43,731 nucleotides of DNA. It comes from Chloroflexota bacterium (GTDB lineage: Bacteria; Chloroflexota; Dehalococcoidia; UBA2979). Under the pieces are notes generated by a model. It was not told the DNA's origin, searched no databases, and was given only the letters and a program-made list of their open reading frames with translations. This document shows positions 19,181-28,371 of this stretch, piece by piece (the first letter of the stretch is position 1; each line of letters opens with the position of its first letter). Made by a program: the position numbers and the translations under genes. Location: the NCBI GenBank assembly GCA_002718395.1, contig PBEG01000013.1, positions 1 to 43,731 of the forward strand. Direction: 5' to 3'.

Positions 19181-20011
19181 TTATTTTTTGTTCTTTTCTG
19201 AAATCTTCTTTATATGCACAGCATCATGAAATTTTGGTTTTCGTTTTTCTTGAAGTGCTAATAATGCTTCTCTATGCTCGATAGATTTTCGTGCATCAGC
19301 AAAATTATTTATAGATCTTTGTGCAATTTCTTTAAATGAGGTTGCTGTCATATCTTGAAAAATCATTTCTTTTATTGTGTGTAGTGTATTAGTAGGATTA
19401 TCAGCAATAGAATTAGCAATTTTAATAGCTTCATCAACAAGATTATTAGGTTCATATATTTTTGTTATTAATCCGAAGTCAAGTGCTTCATCTGCATTAT
19501 ATATATTTCCCGTCAACATCATTTCTTTTGCTTTTTGTAAACCAATTAATTTAGGAAGCAACCATGAGCTATCAAGTTCAGGAGTTAATCCTAGTTTTGA
19601 AAATCTCATTGAAAATTTTGCTTCTGTAGACGCTAAATTAAAATCAAACCAAAAAGTACAAGTTAAACCTGCCCCCAACGCTAAGCCATTAATTGCACCA
19701 ATAATTGGCTTGCTTGCTATCATTCTTTTTGCTTCAAAAGCAACAGGTTGATATTTTTCCCAATATTCTTTAACTTTTTGGTCTCCTTTTGAAGCTGATG
19801 CAAATTCGCTAACATCTGCACCTGAACTAAATGCCTTACCTTTTCCAGTACAAACCATCGCACCAATAGTTTCATCTTTGTTTATTGCATTAAGAAGTTC
19901 TAACCATTCTTTAAAAAACAAACCATTAAATGCATTTAGTTTTTCAGGACGATTCCATGATGCTAGCAATACACGATCATGTCTTTCAATTGATATAGTT
20001 TCGTATTTCAT
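19181..20011 (-). CDS. Crotonase-fold enoyl-CoA hydratase/isomerase
   Basis: NRPEKLNA, FSSGADV, KPIIGAINGLALGAG, LGLTPE, AKEMMLTG. Confidence 0.92.
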   Translation of the reverse strand: MKYETISIERHDRVLLASWNRPEKLNAFNGLFFKEWLELLNAINKDETIGAMVCTGKGKAFSSGADVSEFASASKGDQKVKEYWEKYQPVAFEAKRMIASKPIIGAINGLALGAGLTCTFWFDFNLASTEAKFSMRFSKLGLTPELDSSWLLPKLIGLQKAKEMMLTGNIYNADEALDFGLITKIYEPNNLVDEAIKIANSIADNPTNTLHTIKEMIFQDMTATSFKEIAQRSINNFADARKSIEHREALLALQEKRKPKFHDAVHIKKISEKNKK

Positions 20012-20027
20012 AAAAAATCCTATTTTA

Positions 20028-20036
20028 TGCTAAAAT
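20028..20036 (+). promoter_or_regulatory. Candidate extended -10 promoter TGcTAAAAT for the MaoC pair
   Basis: TGn+TAAAAT 37 nt upstream of ATG 20074 in an AT-rich divergent gap. Confidence 0.3.
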
Positions 20037-20073
20037 ATAATATATCATAACTAAAATTATATAGAGGATTTAG

Positions 20074-20562
20074 ATGAATAAAGATGACATAGATAAGGCT
20101 GTAGATGCTTTAGATAAAGCAAAGGGCGAATGGTATCGTGAAAGGATCTCATTTCCTGTAGATTTTTCTGATATAAGAAGATGGGCTATAGGAGTATATT
20201 GGCCAGAAATTCCTCCAAATATTTTTGTTGACGAAAATTATGCAAAAAAAACTAAATGGGGAAAAATTATAGCTCCAAGGGAATTTAATCCTTTTGCATG
20301 GCCAGTTAAAGCAAATGAATCTAATGGAGGACTTGATATTGGATTAATTCCTCATTTAAGAAGTATGGCTGGTGGCACAAATGATGTTTATGGGGTCCAA
20401 ATTCATATAGGAGACGTTATTGTCGAACGTAGTAGAGTGAGTGAATATAAATTAACTAAAACGAGGCTCGGTCAAACTTTATTTGTTATTAATGAATCTG
20501 AGTGGATTAACCAAGATAAAGAACTTGTTAGAACACGATTTTCTACTGGAGTAAGATATTAA
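20074..20562 (+). CDS. MaoC-family N-terminal-type hot-dog subunit
   Basis: DIRRWAIGVYWPEIP, WGKIIAPREFNPF, WINQDKELV; AGAGGA RBS. Confidence 0.78.
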   Translation: MNKDDIDKAVDALDKAKGEWYRERISFPVDFSDIRRWAIGVYWPEIPPNIFVDENYAKKTKWGKIIAPREFNPFAWPVKANESNGGLDIGLIPHLRSMAGGTNDVYGVQIHIGDVIVERSRVSEYKLTKTRLGQTLFVINESEWINQDKELVRTRFSTGVRY

Positions 20563-20982
20563 ATGAAAAATAATTTTGATGATTTTAAAATTGGCGACAT
20601 GTCACCAAAATGGGAACGAGTTACTGGTCCAATGGAATGGAATCGATTTGCTGCTGCAAACGATGAATTTTATTTGGTTCACATGGATGATCAGGTTGCT
20701 ATTGATGCCGAGAACCCTGAAGGAATGTTTGGAATGGGGCAAATGCGCTTCTCATATATCCATAATGCAATTCGTGATTGGCTAGGTGATGAAATTGAAG
20801 TAAAGCAAGTTTCTTGCAGATATACAGCTATTAATCAAAAAAACGATACTTTATCAACCACACTAAAAGTTATTGAAAAAATTACTAACGAAAAAGATGA
20901 AAAGATTCTCAAACTTGAAGTCGATGTTATGAGACAAGATGGTACATCAACTACTCCGGGTTTTGCACTTGTAAAATTGTAA
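20563..20982 (+). CDS. MaoC-family dehydratase subunit
   Basis: FAAANDEFYLVHMDD variant hydratase-2 motif, FGMG, hot-dog length 139 aa. Confidence 0.82.
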   Translation: MKNNFDDFKIGDMSPKWERVTGPMEWNRFAAANDEFYLVHMDDQVAIDAENPEGMFGMGQMRFSYIHNAIRDWLGDEIEVKQVSCRYTAINQKNDTLSTTLKVIEKITNEKDEKILKLEVDVMRQDGTSTTPGFALVKL

Positions 20983-20988
20983 ATAGTT

Positions 20989-22044
20989 TTAGCTAATTAA
21001 TTTTTCAAGTAATTTACCAGCTTCTTTTGGTGCACCCTTAGGCATATATATGATTTGAACATCAGCACCATTTTTGGATCGTTCCTGTAATCGATCTCTA
21101 ATTTGTTCAACTGTACCAATAACTTGAATTTCTTCTACCATATCATTAGAGATTGCTTGAACTGCTTTATCCATATCTTTATTGTTGAATGCTTCTTGAG
21201 ATTCAGCAACTTCTTTTGCCCAACCAGTCCTAGTCATCATTTCATGATAAAAGTTGCCCATTCTATTTATATACATTTCAAGCGGTTTTCTTGCTTCGTC
21301 CCAAATTGCATCATCATTGTTTCCATCGAGAATGAATAAATGACTGTGTGGCGCTACTGTTATTTCGTTCACGTCTCTGTTAATTTTTTTAGCACCTATC
21401 TTCATTTGATCTTTTAATTCATACATTCTTGAACTTGGCCAATGAACTGGCATAATTCCATCAGCTATTTCACCAGATTGTTCTAGTGATTTTGGTGTTA
21501 ATGAAGCAATCCAAACTGGCACATGGTCTCGAGGTCTGTCATATCTTAATGAAAATCCTTGAGTGAGTTGATAAATTTCTCCTTCATAAAATAATTTTTC
21601 ACCACTTATCAACATGTTAAATATTTCAGTATATTCTTTTAATCGCCTGAGAGGTTTTTTAAATGGTATTCCATGATAATTTTCTACTACTGCAGAGCTT
21701 GAGCTCCCAATACCAAGTATCATTCTCCCCTCTGAAATTATCTCTAGGGTTGCAAAATCTTGAGCGAGTGCAGCAGGGGAACGAGAAAATGAATTAATGA
21801 TTGATGTGCCTATTTGAATTTTATTCGTGTGTTCAGCAATTAATGATAGCCAGGGGATTGCTGATAATTGCCATGATTCAGGTACAACTACGCATTCATA
21901 CCCAAGACTTTCAGCTATTTGTATTTTTTCTATAGATGTTTCCCAGCTTTCTGACATAACGACATCACTTCTGCTGCCAGGCACAGATGTTGCAAGGGCT
22001 TTTTTTTCTGTTGAAACCATACCTGTTAATATACCTAAACGCAT
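20989..22044 (-). CDS. Luciferase-like monooxygenase (LLM) class oxidoreductase, probably F420-dependent
   Basis: AESLGYECVVVPESW, IGTSI..SRSPAALAQ..ATL, GRMILGIGSS, GEIADG; AAGGAG RBS. Confidence 0.9.
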   Translation of the reverse strand: MRLGILTGMVSTEKKALATSVPGSRSDVVMSESWETSIEKIQIAESLGYECVVVPESWQLSAIPWLSLIAEHTNKIQIGTSIINSFSRSPAALAQDFATLEIISEGRMILGIGSSSSAVVENYHGIPFKKPLRRLKEYTEIFNMLISGEKLFYEGEIYQLTQGFSLRYDRPRDHVPVWIASLTPKSLEQSGEIADGIMPVHWPSSRMYELKDQMKIGAKKINRDVNEITVAPHSHLFILDGNNDDAIWDEARKPLEMYINRMGNFYHEMMTRTGWAKEVAESQEAFNNKDMDKAVQAISNDMVEEIQVIGTVEQIRDRLQERSKNGADVQIIYMPKGAPKEAGKLLEKLIS

Positions 22045-22052
22045 ATTTCTCC

Positions 22053-23399
22053 TTAATATATTTTACTTATGCCTGATACTCCTGAATTAAATTCAGCAAA
22101 TGCATCAACAGTAATAACTCGGTCTGCAATATTCAAATTAGCAAATTGTATAACAATCTTACCTATTGCTCTCGTATCAGGCAATAATGTTGGATTAATC
22201 TTTATAATTACTTCAGATTCTCTTTGGCATTTTGTCATATTGCATTCTATGTCTTTACCAAGAGCAATACCTGCTGGTTTTTCTAAAACAATCCATGGAT
22301 ATGTTGTGTAAGCGTTCCATGACAACAACCCCAAACCATTATTAGTAATTATAATAGTCCTATCTGCTAAATTATTTTTAGCATTTGTTTGAATTCTTAA
22401 TTTATCTTTTGAAAGTGAAGCATTTGGCTTGCCTAACATCATATCATTGGAAGGATTGATTGATTGAGGCTTTGTACTGTAATGTATTGGTTTAGGAGTA
22501 GGCATATCCATAGCTGCATAAGGGTAATTAAAATTAGATAATGCTAATTTATTTGCAAATATTGGATCAGATAAATTAGGCAATGAAATATTGATTTTTT
22601 GCCATAATTGTTTACCAGAAACCTTTGGAGGGTTATTTAGACAGCCCCATACCAATTCTTGATAAGGAAACTGATTTTTAGGATAACGCCCATCACATGT
22701 ATAGACTGGTCTTGGCCATGACCCAAAAATTGGATCCAATGGATGATTGGACTTATTAGTGCCTGGACCACTAAATCCGTTATAACTCCATGTAGCATAA
22801 TACCAATTTTCTAAAATATTAGGATCTGAGTCTGTGTCTGTGCCGACAATTGGCCTGCTTTGAGGTGCCTGATTCCATTTTTCAATTAATATTTCAGCAC
22901 CTTTGGCAATATTATAAGATGGGTGATTTGCAATAAGAACTTGCTCCTTGCTAAGTATTTTCCCTATAGCTGGCTTTTGCATTCCAGATGTGACTTGCAT
23001 GATGCCATAACCACAATCAAATGCAATTAAGGCAGGACCTTTAGAATTATATGCAACTTGTGTGGTAGCCATTAGTATTTCAGATTCTACCCAAGCAATT
23101 GATTTTAATATCTCTTGAGGCAGTTCTGCATTCACCTCTCTTCTATTTTGTCGTGTTCCTGCTTCTCCAGTAGGTAGCTCAAAATTACTGTCTCCTTTGA
23201 ATAATTTACCTGATGCTGCATATTCAAGTAATTTGAGATACGCAGATCTATTCTTATCAGCTTCATATGTATGCGGCGTATTTAAGAAAGCACAGGCGTT
23301 AGCCTGTTTCTCACCTAAATTGAATATGGCTATTATTAAGAATATGCTTACAATAAATATTGTTTGGACATGAAATTTTTTCAATTTAAGTACCACCAA
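22053..23399 (-). CDS. Secreted lysozyme/SLT transglycosylase-like protein with C-terminal BACON/Ig-like domain
   Basis: Signal peptide ending ANA; ILKSIAWVES (catalytic Glu motif), GYGIMQV, YNIAKGAEIL, ATWSYNG; ITNNGLGLLSWNAYTTYPWI BACON-like pattern. Confidence 0.7.
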   Translation of the reverse strand: MVVLKLKKFHVQTIFIVSIFLIIAIFNLGEKQANACAFLNTPHTYEADKNRSAYLKLLEYAASGKLFKGDSNFELPTGEAGTRQNRREVNAELPQEILKSIAWVESEILMATTQVAYNSKGPALIAFDCGYGIMQVTSGMQKPAIGKILSKEQVLIANHPSYNIAKGAEILIEKWNQAPQSRPIVGTDTDSDPNILENWYYATWSYNGFSGPGTNKSNHPLDPIFGSWPRPVYTCDGRYPKNQFPYQELVWGCLNNPPKVSGKQLWQKINISLPNLSDPIFANKLALSNFNYPYAAMDMPTPKPIHYSTKPQSINPSNDMMLGKPNASLSKDKLRIQTNAKNNLADRTIIITNNGLGLLSWNAYTTYPWIVLEKPAGIALGKDIECNMTKCQRESEVIIKINPTLLPDTRAIGKIVIQFANLNIADRVITVDAFAEFNSGVSGISKIY

Positions 23400-24607
23400 T
23401 TCGCATAAATAATTAAGTTATCGCTTTCAATTGGAAAGCGAGTTTTCTCTTCATTGTTGGATATGTAAATTTTCTCTAAATAATTCATATTTGGTTGTAT
23501 ATTTTTTATAAGCATATTTTCTCTATATCGATCAAATGCTATGGGAGTATCAAATCCATTTAGGGGTTGTGTTAGTTTCTCTAATCCAGGCTCCTTTAAA
23601 TTAAAGATATTGATTGGTTGCTTTTTTTGAAGTAGCTCTGAGTTACTGCCAAAAGCAATTTTATTTTTACTCACCCATGTTGGCTTAAAATAGTGGACTG
23701 TTTCTGCATATCTGTCACTAGTGTTACCTGCTATCGACAAAACCTCTTTTTGAAAAGAATAATCATTTTTACCAAAATTTAGATCTACGTATTCTTTACT
23801 ATTTACGTCTAGAATTTTTAAAAGATATCTTAGAGATTCATTGCTTGATTTTTGTTCTATATATAGGAGTTGATTTTTTTCAGTATTTATCGACCAATCT
23901 CTTATGAAATAATCAGATATGTGTATGATTTCTTTCATTTTCATGTTTGAAATTTCCATTAATTTACTTCCTTGATTGTTATATTTGATCGCAAATAAAG
24001 TATTTTCATTAGACATTATAGGAAACAGTGCCATTGCAGAATTTGTTTTAAAGATTGTGCTTTTAATTCTAGTATTTAAATTATATTTTATTAATTTAGT
24101 TTCTTGATTATGAGACGTTGATCGATAATATACTGTTTTGTTTTTTTCATCAAATAGAGGTTTTATCATTAAGTCAGCATCTTTACCAATTACGATTTGT
24201 TCTTTTGATTGCAGGTTGTAAGCAATAATTTCTGCATTAAACCTAGGATTAGAAAATTCGTTGAAATTATTTGGAATAATCATTATTAGATTTGAATCAT
24301 TGCCTACTCTAGAAGCATTGACGCCCCAATTTGGTAGATGTTCTATTTCATGAATCTTTTCTTGATTTGCAAATTTTATTCCTGAATAAGAGTAAATTGT
24401 ATCTTTGTGTATAGAATGCTCTATGGTAACTACTCTTATGTCTTTGTTTTTTGTTATTAAAGATTGTTGGATATTTGAAAATATGTTGTATTGGGCTATA
24501 AAAAAATACATTACTGTTATTGCGAAAATTGTAACTAAGACAAATGTCTTATTAAATAAATTAATTATTTTATAATGAATTTTGTATTCTAAAAATTTTT
24601 CTAACAT
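23381..24607 (-). CDS. Membrane-anchored hypothetical protein, probable TolB-like beta-propeller
   Basis: N-terminal TM helix then beta-rich blades (YNLQSKEQ, YNLNTRIK, DWSINTEKNQLLY, KPTWVSKNKIAF); 19-bp overlap with the downstream gene. Confidence 0.55.
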   Translation of the reverse strand: MLEKFLEYKIHYKIINLFNKTFVLVTIFAITVMYFFIAQYNIFSNIQQSLITKNKDIRVVTIEHSIHKDTIYSYSGIKFANQEKIHEIEHLPNWGVNASRVGNDSNLIMIIPNNFNEFSNPRFNAEIIAYNLQSKEQIVIGKDADLMIKPLFDEKNKTVYYRSTSHNQETKLIKYNLNTRIKSTIFKTNSAMALFPIMSNENTLFAIKYNNQGSKLMEISNMKMKEIIHISDYFIRDWSINTEKNQLLYIEQKSSNESLRYLLKILDVNSKEYVDLNFGKNDYSFQKEVLSIAGNTSDRYAETVHYFKPTWVSKNKIAFGSNSELLQKKQPINIFNLKEPGLEKLTQPLNGFDTPIAFDRYRENMLIKNIQPNMNYLEKIYISNNEEKTRFPIESDNLIIYANWWYLN

Positions 24608-24665
24608 GTTTCAAATGTACAATATGATTGAGTAAAAATATACTCTGCAATTAAGGAGCTGTGCA

Positions 24666-25427
24666 TTGTTTTTTGTGTATCTTTCTCTACTAAAGAATTC
24701 ACCATTGGCATTTTTGATTATTATTCTTGCCTTAAGCACTTCTTTGTTATTAGGTTTGGTTTTGCATGAGTTAGTCCATGGATATATTGCGAATAAACTA
24801 GGAGATCCTACAGCAAAAAATAATGGTCGATTAACCCTTAATCCGCTTGCTCATTTAGATCCTTTCGGCTCCTCTTTAATTTTTTTTGTAGGGTTTGGGT
24901 GGGCAAAACCAGTTCCAGTCAATCCAAATTATTTTACAAGTCCTATTAAAGATATGGCGTTTGTGGCCCTTGCTGGTCCGTTAAGCAATCTTATAATTGC
25001 ATTTATTTTTTCAATTCCATTTTTTTTAAATATTCTTGTTCCAACTCATCCTTTAGTGCCTCCTGATTATGCAGACATAATCATTGCATTTTCAAAATTA
25101 AGCTTTTCTAATCTTTTGGGTCTTTTTTTTGGTACAATTGTTTTTGTAAATATAACTCTTGCAGTTTTTAATCTTATTCCTATCCCGCCTTTAGATGGCT
25201 TTAAGGTCATTTTAGGTTTGGTGCCAGTAGATTTAGCATATAGATTAGTTAATATGGAAAAATGGGGCACTGGTATATTAGTTTTGCTTGTAGTACTACC
25301 ATTTATCACTGGCGGATTAGTAAGTCCTTTATGGTGGTTTATAGAGCCAATTAGAAATATTTTTATTGAATTTTTCGTTGGTGGCATAAATGATTGGTCT
25401 TTTATGCTAAATGAACTAATAAAATAA
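24666..25427 (+). CDS. Site-2 protease family (M50) zinc metalloprotease
   Basis: HELVH, GDPTA, NPLAHLDP, GWAKPVPVNP, AGPLSN, NLIPIPPLDG; TTG start after AAGGAG. Confidence 0.93.
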   Translation: MFFVYLSLLKNSPLAFLIIILALSTSLLLGLVLHELVHGYIANKLGDPTAKNNGRLTLNPLAHLDPFGSSLIFFVGFGWAKPVPVNPNYFTSPIKDMAFVALAGPLSNLIIAFIFSIPFFLNILVPTHPLVPPDYADIIIAFSKLSFSNLLGLFFGTIVFVNITLAVFNLIPIPPLDGFKVILGLVPVDLAYRLVNMEKWGTGILVLLVVLPFITGGLVSPLWWFIEPIRNIFIEFFVGGINDWSFMLNELIK

Positions 25428-25448
25428 TCAGATTTTTGAATTGTTTAT

Positions 25449-25457
25449 TGATAGAAT
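25449..25457 (+). promoter_or_regulatory. Candidate extended -10 promoter TGaTAGAAT upstream of tyrA
   Basis: TGn+TAGAAT 29 nt before ATG 25487; RBS AAGAGGT follows. Confidence 0.35.
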
Positions 25458-25486
25458 ATTTATAGTAGTGAGATTAAGAGGTTGAT

Positions 25487-26479
25487 ATGCAAATTGGCAT
25501 TATAGGTACTGGTCTTATCGGTGCATCAATTGGATTAAGGTTGCACAGTCACGGTGAAAAAGGCATAAGTGTGATTGGATATGACGTTAATCGAGAGAAC
25601 TTAAATCTTGCGCAAAAAATTAATGCTATTGATTCAATTGCTGAATCAATAGATGTAGTTGTTAAAAATGCAAAAATCATTATAATTTCTGCACCTATTT
25701 TAGATGTTAAAGCAATTTTTGAATCAATTAATGAATCGATCTTGCAAAACAATGTTGAAGACTTGGTTGTTACTGACACTTCATCTTCAAAATCTAAAAT
25801 TATTGAATGGGCAAACACAATTTTGCCTAAAAATGTTTTTTTTGTAGGCAGCCACCCAATGGCTGGCTCAACAGAAGTTGGTCCAAATTATTCTGATGGT
25901 TCTATCTTTGAAGGTGCTAGGTGGGTCATTACCCCTACAGAAAACAGTCCTCAACATGCTATAGAAACTATTCTTAGTCTTATTGAAGCAATGGGCGCTG
26001 ATCCAATGTTCATGGATGCGGATGAACATGATTCATACGTTGCAGGAATTTCACATATGCCATTATTTGCACAAATAGCATTATTTGCCTTGGCAAGAGA
26101 ATCTAATGCATGGGCAGAACTTTCAATGTTAGCTTCAAGTGGATTTAAAAGTGCATCAAGATTAGTTGCAACGAACCCTTCTTTAGCTTTTGATATTAAC
26201 GAAACAAATCGAATGAATATTGAACATTGGATTGAAAGATATATTGAGGAGCTTCAAAAAATTAAATTACTTTTACAAGATTCAGAAGACAAAGAAGAAT
26301 TTTTCCGATTTATTGGCGCCATGCATCTAGATTATTTAAAGTTTCTAGATGGTGCTGTTGGTAGAGAGCATTGGGGTGAGCAACTAACAAACGTTCCTGA
26401 TTATAATGCATTTGACTTGCTTATGGGAGGCATGCTAACTGACAAACTTAATAAGCTTGATTTTGATACCAAGAAATAA
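25487..26479 (+). CDS. tyrA: Prephenate/arogenate dehydrogenase
   Basis: GTGLIG Rossmann motif, acidic GYD (NAD-type), DTSSSK, GSHPMAG, EHD..VAGISHMP. Confidence 0.92.
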   Translation: MQIGIIGTGLIGASIGLRLHSHGEKGISVIGYDVNRENLNLAQKINAIDSIAESIDVVVKNAKIIIISAPILDVKAIFESINESILQNNVEDLVVTDTSSSKSKIIEWANTILPKNVFFVGSHPMAGSTEVGPNYSDGSIFEGARWVITPTENSPQHAIETILSLIEAMGADPMFMDADEHDSYVAGISHMPLFAQIALFALARESNAWAELSMLASSGFKSASRLVATNPSLAFDINETNRMNIEHWIERYIEELQKIKLLLQDSEDKEEFFRFIGAMHLDYLKFLDGAVGREHWGEQLTNVPDYNAFDLLMGGMLTDKLNKLDFDTKK

Positions 26480-26501
26480 CTTAAGCATTTGAAAGTAGCT
26501 T

Positions 26502-27797
26502 ATGAATAAAAAAATTATACGACCAAAAAAACTAAGAGGCACAATTACTCCTCCTGGTGATAAATCGATAAGCCATCGTGCACTAATGATTAATGCAATT
26601 GCAGGGCAAACTGCTTCTATTAATGGAATTTTAGAATCTGAAGATATTCAGTCAACAATTAATTGTCTTAGGCAATTAGGTGTTGAGATAGAGATGCAAA
26701 AAGATGGAAGTTGCCAGGTTAAAGGGCTGGGTATTAATGGATTAAAGGCAACAGACCACGATCTAGATTGTGGAAATTCTGGTACGACAATTAGGTTATT
26801 AATGGGGTTGATTGCAAATATAGATGGAACAGCACGTTTGACAGGTGATAATTCATTGCAATCTAGACCTATGGAAAGAGTTTATAGTCTATTGAATGCA
26901 ATGGGAGCTAATATCTTTTCTGAAAAATCAAATGGGTGCGCGCCCATCATTGTAGAAGGGAAACAATTGACATCTAATCAATCTATTGAAATGACAATTG
27001 CATCAGCGCAAATAAAATCTGCTCTTATTTTAGCTGGTTTAAGCTCTAATGGGATATTAGAGATCATTGAGCCATTTAAGTCTCGTGATCATACAGAACG
27101 AATGCTATCTGCGATGGGAGCAAAAATTAATGTCCACGATAATAAAGTAACAGTATATGGTGATACGAATGAGCTTCAATCTATAGATATTGATGTACCA
27201 AGCGATATCAGTTCAGCAGCTCCTTGGATTGTTGCAGGTATTCTACATCCAGATGCAGAAATTGTAATTAAAAATGTATGCATTAATCAAACTCGTTCAG
27301 GCATTATTGATGTTTTTGTTGCAATGGGTGCAAAAATAGAGATTATGAATAAGCGACTTGTTGGCAATGAGGAAGTTGCTGATCTTGGCATTTATTCTAG
27401 TTCTTTGTCTGGAATACAAATTGATAAAGAATTAATTCCTCGTGCTATAGATGAGATACCGCTTATTGCTTTAGGTGCTTGTTTTGCCAATGGCAATACC
27501 AAAATAAGTAATATAAGTGAGTTAAAAGTTAAAGAAAGCAATAGATTGACTAATACCATTGAAATTATTAATCAATTTGGAGGCGAAGTTTTTTCATGCG
27601 AAGATGAGTTATTAATTAATGGTTTAAATAGTCTGCATGGTGCTAAACTTTATTGTGGCTCTGATCATAGAATGACGATGTTGGCAGGTATAGCATCATT
27701 GGTTTCAGAAGAAGAGTCAGAATTAATGAATATTGATTCAGTTAATGTGTCTTACCCAAATTTTTGGAATGATTTTGAAAAATTATGTGTAAGCTAA
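26502..27797 (+). CDS. aroA: 3-phosphoshikimate 1-carboxyvinyltransferase (EPSP synthase)
   Basis: PGDKSISHR, DCGNSGTT, SAQIKS, RDHTE, KESNR, DHRM. Confidence 0.97.
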   Translation: MNKKIIRPKKLRGTITPPGDKSISHRALMINAIAGQTASINGILESEDIQSTINCLRQLGVEIEMQKDGSCQVKGLGINGLKATDHDLDCGNSGTTIRLLMGLIANIDGTARLTGDNSLQSRPMERVYSLLNAMGANIFSEKSNGCAPIIVEGKQLTSNQSIEMTIASAQIKSALILAGLSSNGILEIIEPFKSRDHTERMLSAMGAKINVHDNKVTVYGDTNELQSIDIDVPSDISSAAPWIVAGILHPDAEIVIKNVCINQTRSGIIDVFVAMGAKIEIMNKRLVGNEEVADLGIYSSSLSGIQIDKELIPRAIDEIPLIALGACFANGNTKISNISELKVKESNRLTNTIEIINQFGGEVFSCEDELLINGLNSLHGAKLYCGSDHRMTMLAGIASLVSEEESELMNIDSVNVSYPNFWNDFEKLCVS

Positions 27798-27813
27798 TCG
27801 TTAAAGGAAAATA

Positions 27814-28371
27814 ATGCAAAAAATTATTGTTTTATCTGGTCCATCTGGTGTGGGGAAAGATGCAATTATTGACAACATTATGGAAAAACATGGTGATTTT
27901 GTCGTGCCTATAACTATGACTTCTCGACCAAAAAGAGAAAATGAACAAAATGGTAATGATTATTATTTTGTCTCAAATAAGGAATTTGAATTATCCATAA
28001 AACAAGAAGATCTTGTTGAATATTCTACAGTTTATGAACATTACTATGGTTTACCAAAATCAAGTATGATAGATGCTCTGTCAACAGGTAAGAATATATT
28101 GGTGAGATTAGATGTCAAAGGTGCTATAAGTATAATGAAACAGTACTCAAATTCTGTTTCAATTTTTGTATCTCCTGAAAACATGGAGCAATTATATCAA
28201 CGAATTAATTCACGTAATCAAGAAGACCAGAAAGAAATTAACAGAAGGATGAATATTGCTATTCAGGAAATTGCTCAAGCAAATCTTTTTGATCATGTCG
28301 TTTTAAATGAAGACGATCAATTAGATGCAAGCACAGAAATAATTATGGATTTAATTAAATACAACAAATAG
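27814..28371 (+). CDS. gmk: Guanylate kinase
   Basis: SGPSGVGK P-loop, TSRPKR..E..G.DYYFVS, EY..VY..YYG. Confidence 0.95.
   Translation: MQKIIVLSGPSGVGKDAIIDNIMEKHGDFVVPITMTSRPKRENEQNGNDYYFVSNKEFELSIKQEDLVEYSTVYEHYYGLPKSSMIDALSTGKNILVRLDVKGAISIMKQYSNSVSIFVSPENMEQLYQRINSRNQEDQKEINRRMNIAIQEIAQANLFDHVVLNEDDQLDASTEIIMDLIKYNK

Noticed and set aside
24630-24645. GAGTA-N6-TACTC inverted repeat in the divergent gap before the M50 gene
   Set aside because: 5-bp arms in AT-rich DNA are expected by chance; no second copy noticed.
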